This document shows, piece after piece, positions 1-13,358 of a DNA stretch of 64,000 bases. Location: the NCBI GenBank assembly GCA_964016885.1, contig OZ024741.1, positions 373,116,001 to 373,180,000 of the forward strand, written 5' to 3'. The notes below the pieces were generated by a model that saw nothing but the letters and a program-made list of their open reading frames with translations, was not told the DNA's origin and did no database searches. Positions within the stretch are counted from its first letter, which is position 1; every line of letters begins with the position of its first letter. Both the position numbers and the translations under genes were made by a program. The stretch is from Eledone cirrhosa. Lineage: Eukaryota.

Positions 1-527
1 TTTCATTATTCTGTCGTTCACTCTATTTACGTCTATTATCTTATCTGCCCACTTTTCTGCTACCATGATTCCTACTCCACCCAGCCCATTGTCATTTCCC
101 ACCCAGAAAAGCTTATAGCATCGTTCTTTACCCACGATGAATCTAGCAGACCCGCCCCTCCACCTGGTCTCTTGAATACAACAAACATCGACCTCCTTAC
201 GTTCAAGCATTTCTACAACCTCGTTAGAGCGACCCTTTAAGGTGCCTACATTCATGGTACCAACTCAGAAGTTTTGGATTGCGTTTGGAGGGTGGGAGCG
301 GTGGGGAGTGTGTGTGTGTGTGTGGGGGGGGGGGGGGTTATGTTAGCCATCCGCGGCCGAAACAAGGAGGAGTGCTTGCATTCTCGTCCACAAGGTGAAT
401 TTGTCTTTATCTTTGGCATTGTCGCTGAGCGTCCAGATTTTTCTCTCTTCAACTCTCCAGAATTCCGTAGTCCGAAATATATATATATATATAAAGGACA
501 TATGTTCATTCTGTCATTACCACAACA

Positions 528-615
528 GAGGTCTGACGAGCTTTTGATTCCAGAGTCGGGCTAGATTGATACAGATCAAAGCTTGAGCTGATCAATAGTG
601 AAACGCTCATCACTA
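528..615 (+). ncRNA. Degenerate type I hammerhead with long stem-II insertion (family also at 17722-17809)
   Basis: CTGACGA at 533-539, GAAAC at 600-604, AATAAA downstream. Homologous copy on - strand at 17722-17809 (CTGATGA...GAAAC). Differences fit CpG decay of GCGAAAC...CGTC. Confidence 0.45.
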
Positions 616-867
616 CTCAATAAACTTAATGAAGACAACAAATCATCCTTTTATTATTATATTTACACTCTGTTTAGTTCTACACCTCTTTACAGACTGG
701 AAACTATGCATCGAGTGCGCACTAGGGCGAACAGACAGTAACTGCACATTACAGTCCCTAGATATATATATATATATATATATGTATTGATTATGTTTCT
801 CAGTAAGAAAGCTCCATAAACTTTAGTTCTGAGCATCAATAATACAAGTTTAAATAATACAAGTTTA

Positions 868-909
<42 letters not shown>

Positions 910-1058
910 TAGATAACAGAGGCCACGAGTTGTTCCTCTCCGACTAAAAACTTTCCCCCTAGGAAAACCCCTAGTTGATGGATGCGAAATCTGAAATATA
1001 GGGACAATTAAATCACTTCCAAGGTAACTCTATCTCGTGTTATTATTTTTACACTCTA

Positions 1059-1250
1059 GGGCGGTAGATTGGCAGTATTGGTAGAGGGTCGGATGCCATG
1101 CTTTGACGCATAGAGTTACGGGCCTTGCCATTTTGAGTTCAAATCCTGCCAAGTTAACTTTGTCTTTCATCCTTACGGGGTCGATAAAATAAAGTACCAG
1201 TAATGCACTGGGTAATTGCTGGCCTTGTGCCAAAAGTAGAAACAATTATT
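1059..1250 (+). mobile_element. tRNA-derived SINE, family A (abundant octopus-type SINE)
   Basis: GGCGGTAGATTGGCAGTATTGGTAGA A-box-like head, GAGTTCAAATCC B box, body CTTTCATCCTTACGGGGTCGATAAAATAAAGTACCAG, (TTA)n tail. About 20 copies in the window. Confidence 0.85.
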
Positions 1251-2249
1251 TTTACACTCTTTCCTACATCTCATTCTACATTTCCTCTTACATCTCTCTC
1301 ATTACCACCTGATTCTGTTACCCGGAGATTTACCCATCTGTTGAGGCTTCCAAAGCGACCAATTTTATTATTCCACAATGCTTCAAGCAAACTTCAACAC
1401 TCTCTCTTATATACACCCATGGCTCTGGAATACTCAGCTACTTACATGTCATTTTATAAGCAAGCAATTCTATTGATTGTATCAACTGGAGCACTTGCCA
1501 ACAGAAATGAGAGAGGATCAGCAGTAAAGGTGAGCTGTCATGGGCATGTGTGTGTGTATATATATGTATACAGTTCAAAGTGGTCGTGTAGGTGTCATGA
1601 CAAAAAGCGGCCAGCCCACACTGCAAAGTGGACGTGTAGGTGTTACGGCAAAAAGCACTCAGTACAAACTGTAAATGTGGTTGGCACTGAGAAGGGCACC
1701 CAGCCATAGAAACCAAGCCACAATCAATCTGTAAGAACAAGATATAGTCATCTGACCTTGTTTGTTTCACAACAGGACAACTCAGCTAACTCATGCTTAT
1801 GTAGAAAAATGGACATGTGATGATGATGATATATATATATATAATGGCTGCATCTCGATTTTGAGAATTGTCATCCCTTTTACTCATATATGGGTAGCAC
1901 GAACATTATATTTTAGCCCTGCCAAGGTATTAGATACCTTTCTGCATATACTGCAGTAAAAAAAAAGGAAGGCCTTGCATTGGACCAACTCCATTCTGAA
2001 CAACGATGAGAGGCATCTAAAACGTGGAACTGGTCAACATCATTGACTGCCATTAAGTCACAGTTTTTACATCAGAGTTTTCCTTCTCCCAACATCCTAA
2101 CAAGAACTAGGGCTCTCTTACTCCCACTGAACTAACTGCGCACTCAAGCACCAAACCAGTATTTTCACCCCCCCCCCACACACACACACACATATTTATT
2201 CAATTGAAGAAATAGGCAAATGAAACTCTCTTTCTTGTTTATTATATAT

Positions 2250-2992
<743 letters not shown>

Positions 2993-3679
2993 TGTGATAT
3001 TCCACATCCCCTATAAACACAGCCATCTTTGGGGCTTACTTGACTCTATGTCATGCCTATTTTAAGTAATTTCTTTCATTACTCTACAAATCACGACCAA
3101 CTCAGCAACCAAGACATTCTTTGACAAGTAAAACCATGGCATAATGTTGGTTATTGCTATGTTATTATAAAATATCTTCCAAATACAAACACTTCTTCCT
3201 CCAAATCTACTTGCATAAGTTTAAATCTATGTCTATTTTTTCTTTCTTTCCATTACCAACACTTCTGTATAGCTCTTTTTCACCTTCCGTGTGAAAAATA
3301 ATTGGGTACACATTGCATTGGTAATGATATATTATTGCAACAGTAAGTATATTTTAGACTTGGTGATGCCAATTAACATATTCTGTATGCAATGGCTTGC
3401 TTGCTACCAGAAAACTCTTCAAACCTCAGTAGTCTATACACTAATGATAATCATGTATCACTTTGATCCCACTGTAATATTGGCTGGCAATGGAAGCACA
3501 ACAGAAACCTCTCTCATGTGGAATCACAACCAATTTGACTCTATTTCACAGCTATTCTTATTTTGCTACCAGCTATCCCAAAATTAATAAGTAACTAAGC
3601 TGGCAGTATCTATGTAAACCAACATAGCAGCAGATATATATATTCAGGAACACACACATGAATGTTTGATTAAGCATGT

Positions 3680-3803
<124 letters not shown>

Positions 3804-4480
3804 GTGTTTTAAGTATCAGAATAATGCCTAAACCATAATATCTTTTGTGTAACATAAAAAGGATTTCCAGTAGTTCCTTTTTTTTCTATAAACTTATTCA
3901 TATTCAGCAGCTGATATCCTTAGCATCAATTAGGATTAGCAGATTTGAAAAAGCTCAAGCAAAAAGCTTTGTCTTTTCATGCATATTTGAGATATTGCTC
4001 AGAATTAATATCAAAAGTTACCTTATCATTTTTGTATCCCTCTCGCTTATGGTGATAATTATCCAAACGTTATCAACATGAAAATTTCATTCCTTCTCTA
4101 ATTTTTTTCTTTATTCACAAAACTCTTCATTCACCCATTGTCCAAGCTACTGAAGCCTATTTTGTTTCACTAAGAAATGGAAAATGATTGGTCAACTGTC
4201 TAAAATTTACATACAAAGTACATGCATTTACAAAATATTAGTATATTTCTGACCTACAGCTCATGCAAAAAATTATCTGTAACTTTAGAAAATACAAAAC
4301 ACAAATTATCATTCTTAGCAAATAGTAAATTTTTGTTAGAAATGCACAAGCATGTGCATACAAGTTTGGAATATATATATAATGTAATATAGCATTTATA
4401 TATCATAATATAATATAATGTATATCATTATCATCATGGTAAGTGAACATTGACAATAATGATGGTTATATTATATTTTA

Positions 4481-4519
<39 letters not shown>

Positions 4520-4620
4520 ATATCAGATGCACTACATTATATATAAGAAAGTGAGGGTTTTTTACAAAATGAAAAAAAACAGAAAAAAAAAAACTGAGGT
4601 GTCGTACACGAGTGAAAGTA

Positions 4621-4882
4621 TAAGGAAAAAAGTTGAAATCGAAAATGCAACTGGAGTATTTTTTTAGAAAAATATATATTTATTTGGTTCCTTTACCAGT
4701 TTCACAGTTCTTCTGCTTTTCAAAAGTAGAATTGAGATGGAGGGTTTGTGGCCACAAACCCTCCATCTCAATTCTACTTTTGAAAAGCAGAAGAACTGTG
4801 AAACTGGTAAAGGAACCAAATAAATATATATTTTTCTAAAAAAATACTCCAGTTGCATTTTCGATTTCATCTTTTTTCCTTA
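4621..4882. repeat. Spacerless 262-bp palindrome (131-bp arms, centre GG|CC at 4751/4752)
   Basis: Arms are reverse complements with one mismatch seen (4633/4870). The ORF track gives identical 68-aa ORFs on both strands. Confidence 0.97.
4772..4815 (+). ncRNA. Minimal type I hammerhead, U3-A8 core variant (mirror copy on - strand 4688-4731)
   Basis: CTT / TTGAAAA (4780-86) / stem II GCAG-AAGAA-CTGT / GAAA / stem III AC-TG-GT / A17 / AAG. GUA triplet; AATAAA downstream. Stem I is short. Confidence 0.55.
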
Positions 4883-5031
4883 TCATCATCATCATCGTTT
4901 AACGTCTATCTTCTATGCTAGCATGGGTTATATATCTATATATTTTTTTATTTTTGTATATATATATATATATATATATACATATATGAGAATAACATTA
5001 AGAAAGATGGTGATGTTACATAAATTGTTTA

Positions 5032-5122
5032 TTCATTATAATTATTTCAACAGTTGTCTTACGCAATCCAAGATGCAATTTATGCATTTGTTGTTGTTAT
5101 GAGAATGGTATCTTCAGATGAA
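5032..5122 (-). ncRNA. Type I hammerhead with extended stem II
   Basis: Minus strand: stem I TTCAT/ATGAA, CTGAAGA, long stem II closed by T.T, A-T, C-G, GAAA, palindromic stem III ATAATTAT, AUA triplet. Confidence 0.7.
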
Positions 5123-6321
5123 AATCCAATTTTATGATATGCCGTAGGCAAAAAAAAAAGTCCTACTCGTGCGCCCAGCTGACACACACACTGTGTGTGT
5201 GTCTATGTATGTATAAACATGCACAAAATATAGAATCATTTAAATGTTTCTGAAAAACAAAAATGGTTTCATTAACCCATTAGATGCCAAACTGCCTGAA
5301 ACCACCCAGGCTCCTACAATAAAAAACGTTCAATAATATTTTTATGTAAGAACCTTTGTTATGTTATAATTCAAGCACCAGCTTAATAATGAGAAAGTTA
5401 GTTATATTACTAAATCCTTCATTAGAAAAATGATTTAAAAAGTAAAATAACAATTTGACTAAATCCCTCCAAATTCTTGATTATCTAAAAAATTATTTGA
5501 AAAATATAAGGACTCTATTTCATTAGTTAATAAATCAGTGAATAACCTAATACCCAATATATTCTAAAACAGTCATTAGTGTTGACTATTGCTATACAGC
5601 GATGTGATGTGACTTATTGATTGGAGAACTGGATTCATAATTATGAAGTTGTGAGTTCAATTCCTGGACCAGGTGATGCATTATGTCCTAGAGCAAGACC
5701 CTTTATTTCACATTGCTTTTTCTGTCAGCAGTTACTACCAGTAGACCAGTTACTACCAGCAATGGAAACATTGATAACTTAGTTCGCTTTCATGAGCTCC
5801 AGCAAATTAGGTGTGAGGTCTTATTGATCAATTCCTATTGCTATACAAATAAGGTAACATTGATTCTATTGAAAATAGATACTGTCTACATTTGCAACAT
5901 GTTACAAGCATGGTTGAGTGGCTAAGAAATTTGTCACATGATTATTTGGTTTATGTATGTATGTGTGTGTGTGTGTGTGTGTGTATGTGTGTATGTGTGT
6001 GTGTATGTGTGTGTGTATGTGTGTGTGTATGTGTGTGTGTGTGTGTATGTGTGTGTGTGTGTATGTGTATGTATGTATGTATGTGTGTGTGTGTGTGTGT
6101 GTGTGTGAAAAGTAAACAGATAAACAACACAGGAAAACGATGTAGTACAATGAAGATATATATATTAGTTTAATACTTGATACAGCAGGAAAGGTCTGTT
6201 AATGTTTCAGACATTAGTCCTTTGTCATCAGAAGGTAGAATGGGAAATAAAGGAGGACATAGAGAAAGAAAAGGAATAAATGGAAGAACATCTTTTTTAA
6301 GAAAAAGCATGTGTGTATTTA

Positions 6322-6466
6322 CCATATTTCCCAGCGTCGAAGATGCTACTTTTTTCCTAAAATAAGTCTCAAAAATCTACCATGTGCCCTGGAAACTGAA
6401 GGTTTATTTTTTTTCAAATTTTTGGTTGTCAAAAGTAAGGTGCATCTTCGACGCCGGGAAATACAG
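6322..6466. mobile_element. Tc1/mariner-type MITE (TA TSD)
   Basis: TIRs CCATATTTCCCAGCGTCGAAGATGC / GCATCTTCGACGCCGGGAAATACAG flanked by TA. Inverted homolog at 28776-28943. Confidence 0.8.
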
Positions 6467-6497
6467 TAGTTAGCCATTTTGGGATATATATATATAT

Positions 6498-6810
6498 CCT
6501 CATCATCATCATCATCGTTTAACGTCTATTTTCCACGCTAGCATGGGTCTGGACGGAAATTGTCCCACTTGAGGCAAGATTGGTTGTCTTGCTCAGGACT
6601 ATCTGGCGGGTTTTCTACGGCTGGATGCCCTTCCTAACACCAACCACGTTTACAGTGTGGACTGGGAGGTTTTTACCGTGTTACCTACACGGCCACATTA
6701 CAGCATGGACTGTGTGTTTTATTGTCGTGACACCTACATGTCTGGCGGGTTTTCTACGGCTGGGTGCCCTTCCCAACACCAACCACGTTTACAGTGTGTA
6801 CTGGGAATAT
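6498..6810 (-). mobile_element. RTE LINE 3' UTR fragment
   Basis: (CAT)n-CGTTTAACGTC...CTGGATGCCCTTCCTAACACCAACC matches the 3'UTR of the RTE copies at 35700-36100 and 62520-62950. Confidence 0.8.
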
Positions 6811-7458
6811 ATATATATATATATATCCTCCCCTTCATCCTCATTGTTGTTTTTATGCCCAATTGTCCATGCTAGCATGAGTTGGATGGGACAGTTTGAG
6901 ACAATGTTTTGCAATTGGATGACTTTCCTGACTCCTGCTCTTTTAGTTGTCTCTTACAACATTTAGGTATACAGTGCACCTATTCTAAAAACTAGGATAC
7001 ACATGTAAGTGTTGTGTGAGAATATGTCCATCTTTAAATTTAGCTGCATGTCCCATAACTTAATGATTCAGCAAATAAAGATCGATAAAATAAGTACAAG
7101 ATTTGAAAAAAATAAGTAGTGGGTTTCATTACGATAAACCAAACATCGTTCATGGCTGAGTCTAATGACTGAAACTGGTAATAGAGTAAAAGAATAACAA
7201 AATAGAAGAACTAAAACATTCTTGTAACAAAGAAACTCTAACAATGTAGGGATAGATAATGTATGAGTAGAACCAATCAGTTCATTTTTGTCACAGTAAC
7301 ATTAAGCATTGTTTAATGACAACATTGTCATTCTTAATAGCAACATTAAAGTATAGTTTATGAAGAAATCTAGGTCATATATATACATATATATATACAC
7401 ACACACATATATATATATATATAATATAAGATCAAAAGATGGTTAAAGGAGTTCCATA

Positions 7459-7529
7459 TATTTTATTATGCGCATTTCAAAAACAAACATCATCAAGCAA
7501 TAATATTTGTGTTTTCATCAGATAAAACA
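7459..7529 (-). ncRNA. Type I hammerhead, canonical core
   Basis: Reverse complement of 9015-9085. Confidence 0.85.
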
Positions 7530-8509
7530 GGAGAACATGATATGAAGGCTAAAAAACACTTGTTGATAGTGCAGTTTTAAATCAACATATGAAAAGTGGT
7601 TTTAGATTGATGTGTGATATTGGGAAAAATATTTTATTTAGAGAGGGGGGGGGGGAAGGATGAGAAGGGAAGGAGATGAGAGGGAGAGATGGGTGATAGA
7701 GAGAAAGAGATAGTTTTTATAACTGAGAGGAGATATATTTTTTATATAGAGGGGTTGAAAACCGTTGGAAGATACTGTATAAATTAAAAATTTTGAAAAT
7801 TAACGAAGGGGGGATATGTGCGAGGAAAAAATATTTTATTTAGGGAGGGGGGGGGGAAAGGATGAAAAAAAGGGGGAGGAGATGAGAGTGAAGGTGGAGA
7901 GGGAGAGATGGGTGATAGAGAGAAAGAGATAGTTTTTTATAACTGAGAAAAAGATATATTGTTTTAATATAGAGAGGTTGGGAACCGTTGGAAGATAATG
8001 TATAAATTAAAGGAATTTAAAAATTAACGAAGGGAAATTATGTATGAAGATAGAGAGAAAAAAATAATAATTGTGGGTGAATATTCTAACGTCAAAAGAA
8101 GAAATGTATGTATTGTGGCAATTTCAAAATTAGCAAAGAGAGAAATGTTAAGGTTTATGTTGTAGAAGGATTTGAGAAAAATAATGTGAAGTTAAAGTTT
8201 GTATATTGAATTCATATGTATTAATAATGAGTTCGTTGATGGGGAGAAAAAAATAATAATAAATTAAGGATGAAATTGAGATTAAAAAGATTTATGATAG
8301 AGAGAAAAAATAATAATGATTGCGGATGAATATTCAAAATGTCAAAAACAAATGTTATTGTTTTACGAGAAGATAGAATGAGGGTAATGAGTAAACGAGT
8401 ATTATAGAGTGTATAATGCCCTTTAAAGTAAGGTAGATGGGTATATTTTAAAGAGGTGTATGTATATGTGCCTTTGAGAAAAGATTCTAAATTGATAAAG
8501 AATTGAATA

Positions 8510-8770
8510 TTAACTGTATACTTTGTGAAAAGTTCTATGGAATTTATGCAGGCAGATAGAAAACAAATCTGGGCGTCTATTTATTATGGATTCTAGGTTA
8601 GAGATAATGGTAAATTTTTCATTTAGGCAGAGATTACAGACTTTAGATAGAGAGCTGTTCAAGTATGAGGATGCAGAAGAAATCTTTTTCCAAAAGATGC
8701 TATATTTAATGTTTTTGTCTTTTAAGGACCATATGAGTTCTGAGAGAGCAGTGTTAGTTCTTTTAAGTTT
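8510..8770 (-). pseudogene. C-terminal part of a PLE GIY-YIG endonuclease (resembles Naiad-type clade)
   Basis: TALSELIWSLKDKNIKYSIFWK...CNLCLNEKFTII...INRRPDLFSICLH fits the T-LS-IW-LK / CxLCxxEK / N-R...C-H pattern. ORF bases above 8770 come from the inverted arm. Confidence 0.75.
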
Positions 8771-9014
8771 GTATCTTCCAACGGTTTTCAACCCCTCTAT
8801 ATAAAAAATATATCTCCTCTCAGTTATAAAAATTATCTCTTTCTCTCTATCACCCATCTCTCCCTCTCATCTCCTTCCCTTCTCATCCTCCCCCCCCCCT
8901 CTCTAAATAAAATATTTTTCCCAATATCACGCATCAATCTAAAACCACTTTTCATATGTTGATTTAAAACTGCACTATCAACAAGTGTTTTTTAGCCTTC
9001 ATATCATGTTCTCC

Positions 9015-9085
9015 TGTTTTATCTGATGAAAACACAAATATTATTGCTTGATGATGTTTGTTTTTGAAATGCGCATAATAAAATA
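9015..9085 (+). ncRNA. Type I hammerhead, canonical core
   Basis: Stem I TGTTTTAT/ATAAAATA, CTGATGA 9023-29, long stem II hairpin, GAAA 9066-69, palindromic stem III ATGCGCAT, AUA triplet. Confidence 0.88.
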
Positions 9086-9206
9086 TATGGAACTCCTTTA
9101 ACCATCTTTTGATCTTATATTATGCATACTCCAGTCCCACAAACTGTAGAGTGCTTCTTATCCGATATCTGCATTGCTTTATTGTACTACAATAAAACTC
9201 ACCTCC

Positions 9207-9283
<77 letters not shown>

Positions 9284-9299
9284 TAAAATAAGAGATTAA

Positions 9300-9350
9300 A
9301 GTTTAAGCAAAGAATCGCTGCTTTCACCCTTAACGGGATCTTCTGAAACT
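9300..9350 (-). ncRNA. Type I hammerhead-like motif, CAGAAGA (U4->A) core
   Basis: AGTTT/AAACT stem I, CAGAAGA, T-CCC-GTTAA-GGG-T, GAAA, stem III AGCAG/TTGCT, CUU triplet. Confidence 0.7.
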
Positions 9351-9429
9351 AACAAAGTCAATCTGTGAACGCAGAAGTGAATATTTCAAAAACCGTTGCA
9401 ACCAGAGGAAGACAGGAAGACGATACTTT

Positions 9430-9712
9430 GGTTCGTGGAAACGTTACCTGGCAAAGAACGGGAAAAAACGAAGATAATACGTCATTATTTGGAGCAGTGA
9501 AAAACAATTACACGCAAAGACAAAACCACGTTTATGGTATAAAAGAAGTCGTAGACTAATATTCTATTAGGTGGTTCATAGAGACGTTCTCTGGCAATGA
9601 ACGGAAAAAACGAAGATAATACGTCATATGTGGAGCAGGGAGAACAATTGCACGCAAAGACAAAACCACGTAAATGGTTTAAGTGAAGTCGTAGACTAAA
9701 ATTCTAACTAGG
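9430..9712. repeat. Diverged ~143-bp tandem duplication in the element carrying the 9300 motif
   Basis: GGTTCGTGGAAACGTT...GTCGTAGACTAA at 9430 repeats at 9573. Confidence 0.85.
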
Positions 9713-10087
9713 AAACCGAATGATTTTTGGCTTCCGAGTTAAGAATAAGTAAATAAAATACAGAGGTAATTGAAATTAAATAAATACATACAGGCATCCA
9801 TATACGTACATACACAAGCATATGCGAAAACACTCGCCATAGATATACAAATACACGTACGTATACAAAAAAATACAAAAAACGCACGCACATAAAGTGT
9901 CTTCAGGAAGATGTGGAGATTGATCTGGAGTATCAAGACTAATAAGATGGAGTTACATAACTACTAATAATTAGTCACTATATTGATTTATCATGATCAA
10001 TCAACCTTCTGAAACGATCATAAAACAATGAACTGATTAAGCACTAAATTCAGTTTTGTTTTCATTGTTCAACACACACACATATAC

Positions 10088-10466
10088 TATATTCATTTAT
10101 TATGGCTAAGTGGTGAGCCTTTTTATCCTGATGTTTTACTTGCACACTCACAGGATCATCAGATAAGACTAAATTTTCAATAACAGCAACAGTATAAATA
10201 CAGAAAGACTCTAAAAGTGGGGGAATGGGGGGATAGGTATTTTTGAATCTCCAGTTCTTGCTTTAATTCTGTTTTCTTTGCCTTTCTCTTTTTATAGCTC
10301 CTTTCACATCCATTCAAAAACACCTATCTCCCCCATCTCTCCTTGAATCGTCCCCTATTTATACTGTCTCTATTGTTGAAGATTTAGTCTTGTCTGATGA
10401 CCCTGTGAGTACACAGTTGAAACTCCAGTTACAAGGCTCACCCCTTAGCCATAATAAATGAATATT
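10088..10466. mobile_element. Old PLE-like inverted pseudo-LTR pair
   Basis: 10088-~10245 is a diverged reverse complement of ~10315-10466. Both arms carry CTGATGA cores. Confidence 0.7.
10386..10438 (+). ncRNA. Type I hammerhead
   Basis: Stem I AGTCTTGT/ACAAGGCT, CTGATGA, stem II CTGTG-AGTA-CACAG (two mismatches at base), GAAA, ACT-CC-AGT, GUU triplet, AATAAA downstream. Confidence 0.7.
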
Positions 10467-11756
10467 TAAACTCAGTTTTGGTATTAAAAACTCATTCTTC
10501 TGTCTATCAATAATACATATATATGTATGTATATATAATATATAATTTTCAATGTGATGCAGTCATGGTGCTGCTTTGTATTTTTCAAGAATGTTTTGCT
10601 AATAGATTTCATGTGGTTTATTAATTCAAATGTTTATAGTATCTTTACTAGCAAAGGGATCACTGAAAATTTGCAGTACAAGAATAATTAGTTTTTCATG
10701 TAATGCAGTCATAGTATTGTTTTGTATTTTTCATGTAGTAAACAGTACATTAAGATTTAATTCTTAATGTCCTGTACTGCTTGAAACTACATTAGAAGGA
10801 ATTTCTACACATATTAAGAGAAAAACATCATAGCCTGCAGAGATTGTAATGTAAATAATATTAGGCACGATAAGAACCAATTTAAAAGAGCAAAGAGCAA
10901 TAGATACACTAGCAGGACTTAATTCATGTATCTATCTATTGCTTGCCGGGGATGGTAAGGTTTAGTTGAGGACCATGTTACAAATTCCTCTGTTTTCTTT
11001 TATTTATTTACTTATTATTCTGTTTGTAATAACAAGTATATACCATTTAGGAGATAAAGTGATACAGTTAAAACTATCAAAAACAATTTATTGCACCTAA
11101 TTTGAAAAGATGAAACCTCAGGCGTTCTCTAAATCTAAATGTTAATTTAGTCGCCTGGCAAGTTATTAATACATTACATAGTTTTAGTCTCCACCTGTGG
11201 GTCTGTTGGGTTTTTTTTTTTTACTCAGTTTGATATGTTTAATGTCTAATTGATTTTACATACATTACATACATGGATACATACATACATATACATACAT
11301 ACATATGATGTTGATGATGATACACACACACCACATATATACAAAGAGAGTATCAGAGTTTGAACATGGCGAGAAGAAAAAATAACATCCTTTCACTGAG
11401 AGTATCCTCACAATTTTGTTACTATAATGGGAAGTAAGCAGCTTAGACAATTTTAGCAGCTGACATATTAACAAAGCGCATTCCCAAACATAACATTGTC
11501 TGAAATTGTTTTAAAAGATTTGGTCTAACTCAGGCTTCAAGAGTTTTCTCCCTTGCTTCTCATGATATGAACTCCTCAAAAGGGAGTTTCAGATTGTAAG
11601 ACTATTTCTATGTAAACATATCATGTTGTGTGCTCCTCTCATGCATTTTAGCCTTTACCATCAGCTGACACACATAAGCTGCACATTTTTTTTTTCATTT
11701 TTTCTATATATTTTGATGTATGTTCATCTAGTCAACTTGCTGATTAATATGCTTTG

Positions 11757-11791
11757 CTGAGGAGATCAAATAAGATCGAAACATATCTGTT
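11757..11791 (+). ncRNA. Hammerhead core without recognisable stem I
   Basis: CTGAGGA-GATC-AAATAA-GATC-GAAA-CA-TATC-TG-TT. Confidence 0.45.
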
Positions 11792-11992
11792 GCTTTCACT
11801 GATTTGGTATATTGACAAGGTCCAATCCATCTTTATCATCTAAAATTGTTCCAAATAACTTGAATCAGCTCAAGCAATATGAGTTCTTTTAACTTTTGAA
11901 CTTTTATTTTCCACTTCATATTTTATCTTTATCTCCTTTTCCTTGCTAATCCCCCCTCACTCCTTCTCAGAGTTCCCCCTCCCCCTACTTTC

Positions 11993-12020
11993 CCGATGAA
12001 GGGCTTATGCCCGAAACGTT
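11993..12020 (+). ncRNA. Decayed minimal PLE-type hammerhead
   Basis: CCGATGAAGGGCTTATGCCCGAAACGTT: stem II GGGC/GCCC, palindromic ACGT stem III. U4->C and no stem I. Confidence 0.5.
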
Positions 12021-12272
12021 GCACCCACAATAACAAAATATAAACAAACGTATTTATTTCATGAGGCTCGATAAGGATAAATATATATCAAATATATAAG
12101 AACCCTAGGGCAAATCCCGAACAACGCCAGGCCATTCTGCTAGTATATATATATATAAATATATATATATTTACATACACACACACACACATATATATAT
12201 ATATGCATCTTCCCATGCATTGAGTATTCTCATGATCATGATTTGTAGTCTCCCTGGTTTCAGAACCATAGA

Positions 12273-12306
<34 letters not shown>

Positions 12307-12307
<1 letters not shown>

Positions 12308-12464
12308 ACAAAGGAAATGTGGTAAGGAACCAGATGGACCATAACGCACCAGAGTACTCAATACTTAGGGTAGTAGAGTGGGAAATAGGAAAATGTTCTG
12401 GACTCTTCAGTCCAGAAATACCCGTCGAAACGGCTTGAGCTCTGCCGTCGGGGTCATACTTTTT

Positions 12465-12468
<4 letters not shown>
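12307..12468. mobile_element. Short fold-back PLE-like end, family H (half hammerhead)
   Basis: GAAACGGCT...GCCGTC-GGGGTC joined to an inverted 3' tail. Homologs at 13167-13358, 47967-48095, 49877-49930, 63121-63315, all within (TA)n. Confidence 0.6.
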
Positions 12469-12508
<40 letters not shown>

Positions 12509-12998
12509 CAGCCAAACACAGAAATATATACATATATATATATACCCACACACAGAGATATATACATATAAATGTATGTCTATGTACAATTTTATGAATA
12601 TATAGATGCCTGCGTGTGTGCCCGTGTATGGATATTGTGTATATATTTGAGTGTGTGTATGTATATTGTGTATATATTTGAGTGTGTGTATGTATGCAGA
12701 TTTGACAAAAATTTGACAAAAATTTGCAAGTTTTATACCAAACTTCCTGGGTGACAAGCTAGGTTACCACCTCTTTCCTTCAGCTTCTGGTCTTTTATTA
12801 TTTTTTTATCTTATCTTATTGCTGTAATAAACATACAGATGTTTGTTTGGAAGGGAAAATCACGCAGTTGAATATCTAATGAATGTAGAATCTTTTAGCA
12901 TGAGACATTATGTAATATGATCCCCTGTAATATGTATTTCATTAAATCATATTTTACAGACACAGACACACACTTGTATGTATGTGTGTAATTATGTG

Positions 12999-13033
<35 letters not shown>

Positions 13034-13166
13034 GTATTTATACATATATATATGTATTTATACATATATATATATGTATAAATACATATATATATATATA
13101 TATATATAAATACATATATATATATATGTATAAATACATATATATATATATACATATATATATATA

Positions 13167-13358
13167 ATGGAAGAAATGTGGTAAGGAACCAGGTGGACCA
13201 TAACGTACCAAAGTACTCAATACTTAGGGTAGTAGAGTGGGTAATAGGAACGAGTAGGACCCCGACAGCTGAGCTCAAGCCGTTTCGATGGCTAATTCTG
13301 GACTGAATTAGCCGTCGAAACGGCTTGAGCTCAGCCGTCGGGGTCCTACTCGTTCCCA
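13167..13358. mobile_element. Family H fold-back element
   Basis: Palindromic arms around ~13301 plus unique tail. Confidence 0.65.

Larger units (their letters stand above)
7421..9210 (-). mobile_element. 5'-truncated Penelope-like element with inverted pseudo-LTR arms
   Basis: Inverted arms 7421-7775 and 8771-9123, each with a hammerhead. Unique 3' tail 9124-9210. GIY-YIG C-terminal remnant inside. (TA)n on both flanks. Confidence 0.85.

Noticed and set aside
967-1005. Hammerhead-like CCC...GGAT-GCGAA-ATCT-GAAA-TATA-GGG
   Set aside because: The 5' core (CTAGTTGAT) does not match any core register.
1059-1150. tRNA gene
   Set aside because: A/B boxes are present but there is no cloverleaf; it is the head of a multi-copy SINE.
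4788-4803. CAGAAGA...GAAA as a further U4->A hammerhead
   Set aside because: No stem I in that register; the TTGAAAA register gives proper stems.
4633-4870. Two identical 68-aa ORFs on opposite strands as genes
   Set aside because: A consequence of the palindrome.
6195-6235. Minus-strand CTGATGA...GAAAC
   Set aside because: Stems I and III do not form; at most a decayed relic, so not listed as a feature.
7421-8510. SECIS element in the Naiad-like 3'UTR
   Set aside because: No AUGA...AA...GA kink-turn hairpin found by eye, and no in-frame UGA in the surviving fragment.
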